From positions 1-32,379 of IMG/VR virus record IMGVR_UViG_3300032278_000065: 32,379 nucleotides of DNA; one strand, given 5' to 3'. The notes under the pieces are model-generated. The model saw only the letters and a list, made by a program, of their open reading frames with translations, did not search any database and was not told where the DNA came from. The stretch is from a virus (Duplodnaviria; Caudoviricetes). Below are positions 7,521-15,102 of the stretch, piece after piece. How positions within the stretch are numbered: the first letter of the stretch is position 1; the number at the start of each line of letters is the position of its first letter. The translations under genes were made by a program, and so were the position numbers.

Positions 7521-7660
7521 TAAAAAACCTTCCTGATTAATTTCTTGATAAATCTTTTAAACTTACAATCAAAGCATGAATAATAATTACATTTATCGCA
7601 CATTAAAATTTCTACATGAGATGGAATGTTAATAACTATTTCTAATTGTTCATTTCTCAT
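7520..7660 (-). CDS. Small CxxC-x4-CxxC protein (46 aa, not in track)
   Basis: MRNEQLEIVINIPSHVEILMCDKCNYYSCFDCKFKRFIKKLIRKVF; ATGA and TAATG overlaps at the two ends. Confidence 0.6.
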   Translation of the reverse strand: MRNEQLEIVINIPSHVEILMCDKCNYYSCFDCKFKRFIKKLIRKVF

Positions 7661-7797
7661 TTTATTTTCCTATCTAAATCATGAGTAGGATATAAAATAC
7701 AATCAGGATTTTCACACTTTAATATCATTCCTAGTTTAGAATAATAAGTTGAGATTAGAGATATAATTTCTAATCCACACGCTTTACAATATTTCAT
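7657..7797 (-). CDS. Small Zn-finger-like protein (46 aa, not in track)
   Basis: MKYCKACGLEIISLISTYYSKLGMILKCENPDCILYPTHDLDRKIK; AGGAAGG RBS. Confidence 0.6.
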   Translation of the reverse strand: MKYCKACGLEIISLISTYYSKLGMILKCENPDCILYPTHDLDRKIK

Positions 7798-7941
7798 TTA
7801 GAACCTTCCTATAATTCTACTTGTCAATTAAAACCCTTAAATAAGTTAAAATAATTTGCGGTTAATCTATACTATCTTTTTAGTATCTCTAAAAAATTTA
7901 AATAAAATTTATTTTCAAATTTATTTTTCATTTTTTTTAAG

Positions 7942-7977
7942 AAAAAGAGTTAGGAAGTTTTTTAAATTTCCTAACTC
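7942..7977 (-). terminator. Rho-independent terminator after 7986..8579
   Basis: GAGTTAGGAA / TTCCTAACTC 10-bp stem followed by UUUUU on the - strand. Confidence 0.8.
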
Positions 7978-7985
7978 GATTTTAA

Positions 7986-8579
7986 TTATCCCTTTTTGCA
8001 AACCTCACTTTCGCAAAAATGACTTTCGCATACTTCAGCTTTGGAATTATTTTTATCAATCTTGTGATTGTTCATCCAATTCTTAGCCCTAGTTTCTAAA
8101 GCCTTTTTAACTTTTGATTTCCTATTTAATAAAGCTGTAGTAGCTAAATTAGTTTTAGAATTTTTATCCTCAATGTTACAGGCTATTTTAAATTCACCTA
8201 AAGAATCTTGTGATGGTTGAAGATTTAAACTTATCGCATCACCATTTTCAAAAAATTCCTGAAGCACATCTTTAAAATCCTGTAAATCATTTTCATTTAT
8301 AGCATTGAAAATCTTCTCAGCTTTTTCGTCTAAGCCATCGTCGAATTTAAATGTACCTTTAGCTAAAATCCCACCTTGAGAATCTAGTGATACTCTAGCT
8401 TTATCATTATGTATAACCAAATGATAAATCTGATTATCTTGTGGATTAAAAGTTATTGTGGCATCACTTTTAATTCCTAACTCACTAAGTTTTAAAAACT
8501 CTTCCTCAGTTTTAAATTGTCCCACACCATTTATCAAAATATATTCTTTTGTTTCTTTTAGAGCGTGTTCTTCTAACAC
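7986..8579 (-). CDS. Hypothetical protein, first gene of the leftward arm, probably monocistronic
   Basis: 197 aa, GTG start with AGGAAGGAAGG RBS and its own terminator; ends EVCES-HFCES-EVCKK. Confidence 0.8.
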   Translation of the reverse strand: MLEEHALKETKEYILINGVGQFKTEEEFLKLSELGIKSDATITFNPQDNQIYHLVIHNDKARVSLDSQGGILAKGTFKFDDGLDEKAEKIFNAINENDLQDFKDVLQEFFENGDAISLNLQPSQDSLGEFKIACNIEDKNSKTNLATTALLNRKSKVKKALETRAKNWMNNHKIDKNNSKAEVCESHFCESEVCKKG

Positions 8580-8608
8580 TTTTTGTACCTTCCTTCCTAT
8601 AATTTATA

Positions 8609-8681
8609 CTTTTTTTATATTTATTTATTTATCTAATATAATTACCATCCTTTTTTTATTTACTATTTATTTATTTATCTA
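8609..8681. repeat. Direct repeat in the divergent intergenic region
   Basis: TATTTATTTATTTATCTA at 8618-8635 and 8664-8681, each preceded by CTTTTTTTA. Confidence 0.7.
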
Positions 8682-8882
8682 TAGATATTATAGATCCTAT
8701 AGAGGCTCAGGAACATATACCATAGTGTTGCTCATAACAAATATGCACAATATACCGAACCCTAATTATGAGATAGGTTCTAACTGTACGCAAGTATGAT
8801 ATATATACCTAGCGGATGTCACTAAGAAAGGGCTTTATGATAAGATTTATCGGAGAGAAGGGAGAATATAAAAAGGATTAAT

Positions 8883-10175
8883 ATGGATACGTTAAAGAAG
8901 AAAGTTTTAACCGTATTGGCGATTGTTCTAACAGTCTCCTTAATACTGGGTGGAATTGTTGGATTGGCATTAAGTTATTTAAATCCTGTTCAATGGATTC
9001 AACCTTACCTTTCCCCATGTATTAATTATGTTGGATGTTGGGTTCACCCAACGCTACTCTATACGAGTTCTGTAATTGATACGTTAAATGCTAACTGGTT
9101 AATAACATTACCTACTTCTCTCGTGATTTTTGCTACAGGTTTACTTCAACCTGAAGCACGTAGAAACATACGTGCCTTTCCTCGCAAAGTTATCAACGCA
9201 TACAAGAGGGTATGTATATGGAGAGATAAGCTATTCAGTTTAATAGAAAGACTGAATACTGAATCAGCCAAGTGGAAGAGAACTTTTAATGTACTCAAAT
9301 CTCCCTACACATTACTTCGTGCATTCGGGCTAAGTCCACAGATGGCCATATCTCTCTTGGCAGTAGGGTCTACCGCAGGAACTGGAGTTATAGTTAACGA
9401 AACCGTCTTAGCGGAACGCTCATTTTCAAATGGAGACTCAGGTGTATACCTTGCTCCACTAGATACTCCTTCTTACTTTGACGATAAAGATAACACGTTA
9501 AGGATTAACCTAGGTGCTGTACCAGTAAGAGAGATTACTATTGAGAACGTATCAGCAGGAACAGTTTACTCAGGAGATGCTGCAGGAGCAAAAGTTTCTG
9601 CATTACCTGCAACCTGTGGGTCAAATGGAAGTACGGCTTGTACAGAAGCAGTTTTAATTTCTGGTAATCCTACCGTAGTTGATCCCGCGTTTACTGGAAC
9701 AAGGCTACAGGTAGGTACATTTATAATTGAGAAGTCTAGATGTAAGAGTATGGACTTCAGCGATATAGATGCTCATACAATAGTTATAGAGCATAACGCC
9801 AGTGATGGGCAAAGTATTACCCAAACATCTGGTAACGCTAGAAATAGGGCTATAGGAGGGGGACATCATCAAGCAGAAGCTATGGTAACTAGTGGAGGTA
9901 CATATGACCGCATATGGATTGACGCTCCTAACTCTGGGGTTAACGGAAAGATAGGTACATTAACTTTAAGCAATTTATGGACGAAGGGTGGAAGTTGTAC
10001 CTTTAAAAACATGGACATAGGCGTATTAAAGATTTTACAGAATGAAGTTGGTAATGACGGCAACTTGGTTACAAAGGAGTTTCAAGTATCTGGAGTTACA
10101 GGTGCTAACTGGACGGTAACCGATAACGTGGAATTAATCTTCTCTGAACCTGCACTTGATAAGGGTAACGAGTAG
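8883..10175 (+). CDS. Membrane-anchored protein with a large beta-rich C-terminal domain
   Basis: Hydrophobic segments VLTVLAIVLTVSLILGGIVGLAL, WLITLPTSLVIFATGLL and MAISLLAVGSTAGTGVIV; G/T/S/N-rich C-terminal region with several Cys. Confidence 0.75.
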   Translation: MDTLKKKVLTVLAIVLTVSLILGGIVGLALSYLNPVQWIQPYLSPCINYVGCWVHPTLLYTSSVIDTLNANWLITLPTSLVIFATGLLQPEARRNIRAFPRKVINAYKRVCIWRDKLFSLIERLNTESAKWKRTFNVLKSPYTLLRAFGLSPQMAISLLAVGSTAGTGVIVNETVLAERSFSNGDSGVYLAPLDTPSYFDDKDNTLRINLGAVPVREITIENVSAGTVYSGDAAGAKVSALPATCGSNGSTACTEAVLISGNPTVVDPAFTGTRLQVGTFIIEKSRCKSMDFSDIDAHTIVIEHNASDGQSITQTSGNARNRAIGGGHHQAEAMVTSGGTYDRIWIDAPNSGVNGKIGTLTLSNLWTKGGSCTFKNMDIGVLKILQNEVGNDGNLVTKEFQVSGVTGANWTVTDNVELIFSEPALDKGNE

Positions 10176-10199
10176 GAATATAAATACATAAGAGGATAT

Positions 10200-10862
10200 A
10201 TGATCGAACAAAAAGAATTAGCTTCCCTAGAAGAACATTATGGTAAACCAATCCTTTCGGATGAAGGTGATCCTATCTGTGGGAGAGGAAAGAAAGGTGG
10301 TGGGGTGTGTAGATTTGAGGCAGGTTGGGGAACTGATCACTTAGGATACGGAGCATGTAAACATCACGATAGTGAAGAGAGAATGGATGTTGCTCTAGGA
10401 GACTCAGGGAAAGGAAGAGTTATATACAGTAATATAGCTCAAAACCTTAGACTGAGAGAACATCTACAATCAGAAGAGAAAAGAACAGAACTAGATAACC
10501 TTGATGGCGAAATAGTTCTTCTTAGAGCAATGCTTAAAATACTCGTAGAGAAGTATGGAGAGAAAGTAATCGATGACGAACTCTTTGACATACTGGAGGT
10601 TGGAACTGACTTTGATGCAGTGGATCAGCAAACAAGAAGTTTAGTGAACCTAGTAGACAAGATTAGCACTAGCATTAAGCGTAAGTATGAAGTCTTACAG
10701 ATTGCAGGAAGCACCATCACTAGAGGGAGAGTACGTGAATACGTAGCTAGTATACAACTTGCTCTTGGTCAAGTCTTACGTAACGAATGCCCTCATTGCC
10801 ACAAGAAACATAACCAAAGAGATCAAGCGATTGAAGCTATACGGAGAGTCGGAGAACTTTAA
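10200..10862 (+). CDS. Probable terminase small subunit
   Basis: CGRGKKGGGVC..AGWGTDHLGYGACKHH (variant of the HGGxSTG-type Zn motif), helical LDGEIVLLRAML region, C-terminal CPHC; lies upstream of TerL. Confidence 0.7.
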   Translation: MIEQKELASLEEHYGKPILSDEGDPICGRGKKGGGVCRFEAGWGTDHLGYGACKHHDSEERMDVALGDSGKGRVIYSNIAQNLRLREHLQSEEKRTELDNLDGEIVLLRAMLKILVEKYGEKVIDDELFDILEVGTDFDAVDQQTRSLVNLVDKISTSIKRKYEVLQIAGSTITRGRVREYVASIQLALGQVLRNECPHCHKKHNQRDQAIEAIRRVGEL

Positions 10863-11341
10863 TGTACGAATACAGGGTTAAAATTACAAGAGTGGTTGAT
10901 GGAGATACAGTAGATGCCGAATTGGATTTGGGGTTTGATATTATCTATCGAGATAGAATCAGGCTTATGGGGATTGATACACCTGAGTCAAGAACGCGAA
11001 ACAAGAGAGAGAAAAGTTTGGGACTTGAATCTAAAGCTAGGCTCAAAGAACTCTGTTCTATTCATAAGGGAAATATTTTACTCAAGACTGCTAAAGAAGG
11101 TAAAGGTAAGTTCGGAAGGATATTAGGAGATTTATACCCTATAGATTCTAAAATATCTTTAAATACAATGTTGGTAACTGAAGGACACGCTAGACCTTAC
11201 TTTGGTGGAAGTAAAAATGAAACTGGAGATTGGACTAAAGAAGAAGGCGATTGTAATTGCGGAGGAAGAAAAGCATTTAGTCGCTGTACTGGAAAATGGT
11301 TTCGATGGACTTCAAGTGGTTATGTAGAGTTGGAAAACTAA
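10862..11341 (+). CDS. Thermonuclease (staphylococcal nuclease-like) family protein
   Basis: RVVDGDTV, RIRLMGIDTPE, GKFGRILG, LNTMLVTEGHARPY. Confidence 0.92.
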   Translation: MYEYRVKITRVVDGDTVDAELDLGFDIIYRDRIRLMGIDTPESRTRNKREKSLGLESKARLKELCSIHKGNILLKTAKEGKGKFGRILGDLYPIDSKISLNTMLVTEGHARPYFGGSKNETGDWTKEEGDCNCGGRKAFSRCTGKWFRWTSSGYVELEN

Positions 11342-12129
11342 TGCCAAGACAAATAGCTGATACAGCGAGTATCTCTATACTGTCAGGTATGAAAGAACGA
11401 TCAGTAGCAGAAGAACGAGCATACGATCACCCTGCTTATTTTCATGAATATGTATTCAATCAAACTCTTGCTACGTTCCAGTGGGAGATTATGGAAACGC
11501 TATTGGAAGCTCACGTTAATCCGAATAACTCTTCTGTTAATCCCCTTCTTATTCTTGCTCCTAGAAATCATGGCAAAACTTCTATTGCCGCTGAAAGTTT
11601 TCCTCTCTGGAAAGTTGGCAGAAATAGATTTGAGTTGGTTCAAATTATTTCTAGTGTTATTTCATTAGGGGTAGAGCGAATGGGAAAGATTGAATCCTGT
11701 ATTCGTTTTAATGAAAGATATAAGCAAATGTTTGGAAATCTTTATCCTGAAGAACTAAATGATTACACATGGAAAGTTGATAGGATGGAAGTAGCTAGAG
11801 ATCAAGCTCAAGCATGGGAAAGTGGAGATATACAACGTGATGCTACATTTGCTTGTTTTGGTATAGGTACAAGCGTGGAAGGTGGACGATCAACTCTTCA
11901 GATATTTGATGATGTTGTGAGTATGGAGAATACTCAAAGTGAAACTTCTAGAAGAAATGTTTCTACAAAATTCTGGATGTCTTTTGACCCAATGCTCATG
12001 CCTAAAGGACAACAGATATTCCTTGGTACGAGATTTCATTATGATGATCTCTATGCAGAACTTATACCTATATTAGATACAGATAGATTGTATACAGACC
12101 TTTACCCAAATATCTTGGAGGAAAGCTAA
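11341..12129 (+). CDS. terL: Terminase large subunit, ATPase half (split gene)
   Basis: Q-motif LATFQ, Walker A APRNHGKT, motif III-like GIGTSVEGGR, Walker B LQIFDD, coupling motif GTRFHYDDLY; stops about 25 aa later. Start at the TAATG-coupled ATG 11341 (track gives 11296). Confidence 0.9.
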   Translation: MPRQIADTASISILSGMKERSVAEERAYDHPAYFHEYVFNQTLATFQWEIMETLLEAHVNPNNSSVNPLLILAPRNHGKTSIAAESFPLWKVGRNRFELVQIISSVISLGVERMGKIESCIRFNERYKQMFGNLYPEELNDYTWKVDRMEVARDQAQAWESGDIQRDATFACFGIGTSVEGGRSTLQIFDDVVSMENTQSETSRRNVSTKFWMSFDPMLMPKGQQIFLGTRFHYDDLYAELIPILDTDRLYTDLYPNILEES

Positions 12130-12278
12130 TGAAGAAAAAGATAGCAATAGGTTCTGTATTAGGACTCACGACTTTAGCTATCGGTGGATTAATTTGGAAA
12201 ATCAAGAATGTTCGTATGTGGCGAGAGATAGATGGAAGTTTACCTTTTCCTAGAGCAAAGAAACTTGGAGACAAGTAA
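12129..12278 (+). CDS. 49-aa single-TM protein (not in track), between the TerL halves
   Basis: MKKKIAIGSVLGLTTLAIGGLIWKIKNVRMWREIDGSLPFPRAKKLGDK; TAATG overlap at both ends; GGAGG upstream. Confidence 0.7.
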   Translation: MKKKIAIGSVLGLTTLAIGGLIWKIKNVRMWREIDGSLPFPRAKKLGDK

Positions 12279-12610
12279 TGGACATTAAGAATATGAAAGT
12301 AATGATTGGAATCATTGTTGCAATCGTTGCTCAAGCCTTTGGAATGATTTGGTATATAGCCCAACTTGATTCCACAGTAACCAATAATACTCTTGCTATA
12401 GAAAGTCTAGAAGTATTTGATGATACTGACCTCCTAGAAGCAATTGAGGATTTTGATAACCGCCTAGATGATATCGAGAAGAAGCAAGCAATTATAGAAA
12501 ATGAAATGAGGTCTATCATGTCAGACCATTCCAGTTTTAATAACATCCTAAAAGACATGGGTCAAAGTGGATATGGAGATACTAGACAGTATGGTAATTA
12601 TGGTAACTGA
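12278..12610 (+). CDS. N-terminal TM plus coiled-coil protein, between the TerL halves
   Basis: MIGIIVAIVAQAFGMIWYIA then heptads LEAIEDFDNRLDDIEKKQAIIENEM; GGAG RBS. Confidence 0.8.
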   Translation: MDIKNMKVMIGIIVAIVAQAFGMIWYIAQLDSTVTNNTLAIESLEVFDDTDLLEAIEDFDNRLDDIEKKQAIIENEMRSIMSDHSSFNNILKDMGQSGYGDTRQYGNYGN

Positions 12611-12612
12611 TA

Positions 12613-13488
12613 ATGGGAGTTAGAATATATCGGGCAATCAATCCTGATGGTTCAGTCTTATGGGAAGAGGAACGCCCTAGAGAGTGGCTTGAGAAGAAAA
12701 AACGTTCTATGCCACCCTCATTATTTAATGCTCAATATCAAAATGATCCTTCTGGAATGAAGGGAGTTAAATTTGAAATTGATTGGCTTCACTTTTATGA
12801 TGATGTGTCTATACCTCCTATACATAGATTAATAGGAGTCCAAGGTGGTGATCCTGCAACAAGTGAAGGAGAAAGTGCTAATTACTTTGGTCACTGTACA
12901 GCAGGGAAAGACCCTGAGACTGGAATAGTTTATGTGCTAGATTTTGCATATGGAAAGATAACTGCACCTAAACACCTTGAATTTCTTCATGCTCAATACG
13001 AAACATGGAGAAGAAGGGGTCTAACAATTAATAAAGTTATTCTTGAAACAAATGGGCCTCAACAGGCAACCACTCAACATCTTATTAATCAAACACGAAA
13101 TGATCCTAGAGGTGCTATGCCTATTGATACTGTTAGTCCCAAGGGTTCTAAGGAACAGCGTTATGATTCTATTATTCCTTTTATAGCTAATGGCAGTATT
13201 AAATTCAAAGGAGAAAGGCGTGGGGATGATATGTTTATGAGTTCTGAAAATGGATTTAAAGAATTCATGCACGAGTATAGCTCTTTTCCTAGAGGGGGTA
13301 GAGATGATATTCTTGACGCACTATGGATTGCAGTTCATCAATTAACTTCATCAGTTGAAGCTGTTGCAATAACAGAAGAAGATGTTATGGAAGAAAATCA
13401 ATATATAGAACCAATGGATACTCCAAGAGAAAGAGTTTTAAGTGCTTCTGCTCGACCAAGTTTATTTCATAGTAGAGGATTTAGGTAA
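12613..13488 (+). CDS. terL: Terminase large subunit, lid/linker plus RNase H-like nuclease half
   Basis: YRAINPDGSVLWEE..FNAQYQNDP linker; nuclease acidic residues in GGDPA, VILETN and RDDILDAL. Confidence 0.9.
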   Translation: MGVRIYRAINPDGSVLWEEERPREWLEKKKRSMPPSLFNAQYQNDPSGMKGVKFEIDWLHFYDDVSIPPIHRLIGVQGGDPATSEGESANYFGHCTAGKDPETGIVYVLDFAYGKITAPKHLEFLHAQYETWRRRGLTINKVILETNGPQQATTQHLINQTRNDPRGAMPIDTVSPKGSKEQRYDSIIPFIANGSIKFKGERRGDDMFMSSENGFKEFMHEYSSFPRGGRDDILDALWIAVHQLTSSVEAVAITEEDVMEENQYIEPMDTPRERVLSASARPSLFHSRGFR

Positions 13489-13492
13489 TCAT

Positions 13493-15037
13493 ATGGGTAA
13501 GTTAAAAAATGCTTGGAATGCTTTAACAACAACAGAGAAGGAAGCTGTTAGTTTCGCAGACACTACTGAACCTGATGAGTATTTGTGGAAAAAGATGGGA
13601 ACAGGGAATAAGACTAATAATCTTCCTCCTTTAACTCAAGAACAAACATTAGAGTATGCTCAGTATTTTTATAAGAGTAACCCTATAGCTAAAAGGATTA
13701 TTGATCTTACTGCTGAATATGTTATCGGTGATGGTATTAAATATGTAGCAGAAGATACTGCTGTTCAAGAAATACTGGATGCTCATTGGACTGATCCCAC
13801 AAACAATTGGACTATTAATCAATTTACAAGAGTAAGGGATTTAGGCTTAACAGGAGAACAGTGTATACCTGTATATATTAATGAAAGTAATGGACACGTT
13901 ACTCTTGGAAATATTGATACCGCAATGATTGATACTGTTATTGAAAATCCTCATAACAACATGAAACAACAGATGATCATATTGAAGAAGATTGCAGGAG
14001 AAGCATACCGTAGAGCTTACAAGATCATAGATATATCCAATGCTCCTATAGGAACAAAAGAATATGGGAGATTGGTGGGATTAAATTGTGGAGAGATTAA
14101 GGGTGGAGATTTTGAACTTGGAGATATCATTGAACCCAAACAGGGACGTAAAAAATATAAATGTAAAATAGCAGGTGCTTGTTTCTTCTTTACAATTAAT
14201 AATCCAATGACTGCTGATAGGGGATGGAGCGATCTTCTTCCTGATATGGATTGGATAGACGCTCATGATCAATTCTTATTCTCTTCTGTAGAGAAAGCAA
14301 TAGAATCCTCTAAGTATGTACTTGATGTAACTTTAACTGGTAAAAACGAACAACAGATTAGAGAGTGGTTAAGAAACCAATCAGCCCTAAAACCCGGTCA
14401 AAGATTTGCTCATAATGAAAACGTCACACAGGAATTTAAGACTCCTGATTTACGTTTAGAGGATAGTGCAAGTTTAGCCTCAGTATTAAAAAACCATGTT
14501 CTAGCAGGGGCAGGTTTACCTCCTATATGGTTCTCTGAGTCCTTAACTTCTCGTGCTTCTGCTCCCGAAATGACTGAACCTGCATATCGCCACTTGAAGA
14601 TGAGGCAAAAACATATTTCTTACATAATGAGTAGGATATTTAGATTTGTCCTAGATACAGCAATAGTGTATGGACGATTAAGACAAGATGGTCGTTATAG
14701 CGATAGAAATCTTGCTAGTATTGAATCTGCAAGTTTTTATCTCCGAATGCCTGAAGTTTCCTTTAGGGATCAAAGGGCTAATGCAATTACTTTAAGATCA
14801 GTATCTACGGCTCTTAAAGATGCAACGTCTAATGGCTTCATAGATTTAGAAGAAGCTAATAGAATCTTTAAAAGATATTTAGGGCTTACAGGAATTGATA
14901 CAGGAAAAGATGAACCTGCACAAAAACGTGGGGTGTATGATGTAGATACAACTCTAAAGGAATTGTTCCAAACAACTACTGAATCTATTCATATTAATGA
15001 TTTTACTTATTATCCTTTTCCCGATAGAGTAAAATAA
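13493..15037 (+). CDS. Portal protein
   Basis: Follows TerL; YKSNPIAKRIIDLTAEYVIGDGI, RGWSDL and AGAGLPPIWF...RASA motifs. Likely start ATG 13493 (track GTG 13442). Confidence 0.85.
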   Translation: MGKLKNAWNALTTTEKEAVSFADTTEPDEYLWKKMGTGNKTNNLPPLTQEQTLEYAQYFYKSNPIAKRIIDLTAEYVIGDGIKYVAEDTAVQEILDAHWTDPTNNWTINQFTRVRDLGLTGEQCIPVYINESNGHVTLGNIDTAMIDTVIENPHNNMKQQMIILKKIAGEAYRRAYKIIDISNAPIGTKEYGRLVGLNCGEIKGGDFELGDIIEPKQGRKKYKCKIAGACFFFTINNPMTADRGWSDLLPDMDWIDAHDQFLFSSVEKAIESSKYVLDVTLTGKNEQQIREWLRNQSALKPGQRFAHNENVTQEFKTPDLRLEDSASLASVLKNHVLAGAGLPPIWFSESLTSRASAPEMTEPAYRHLKMRQKHISYIMSRIFRFVLDTAIVYGRLRQDGRYSDRNLASIESASFYLRMPEVSFRDQRANAITLRSVSTALKDATSNGFIDLEEANRIFKRYLGLTGIDTGKDEPAQKRGVYDVDTTLKELFQTTTESIHINDFTYYPFPDRVK

Positions 15038-15048
15038 AGTATACTTTG

Positions 15049-15078
15049 TTGACAAAACTCTAATTTAAGAAATAAAAT
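15049..15078 (+). promoter_or_regulatory. Sigma70-type promoter for the capsid gene
   Basis: TTGACA (15049-54), 18-bp spacer, TAAAAT (15073-78). Confidence 0.65.
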
Positions 15079-15102
15079 CGCTATAGTGCTTTAGGGGTTA
15101 AT

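Noticed and set aside
7822-7827. Minus-strand TTGACA as a promoter
   Set aside because: No acceptable -10 hexamer at 16-18 bp spacing.
960-8799. Plus-strand ORFs 960..1211, 4580..4762, 7856..8086 and 8458..8799
   Set aside because: They are antisense shadows of better-supported minus-strand genes or low-complexity AT-rich frames without an RBS.
12127-12129. Stop-codon recoding as the explanation for the split TerL
   Set aside because: The stop is TAA, further in-frame stops follow, and TAA, TAG and TGA all end genes normally in this window.
12130-12612. Group I/II intron or intein in terL
   Set aside because: No recognisable intron core, homing endonuclease or intein termini; the insert is fully occupied by two coupled ORFs. 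Splicing cannot be formally excluded without RNA data.
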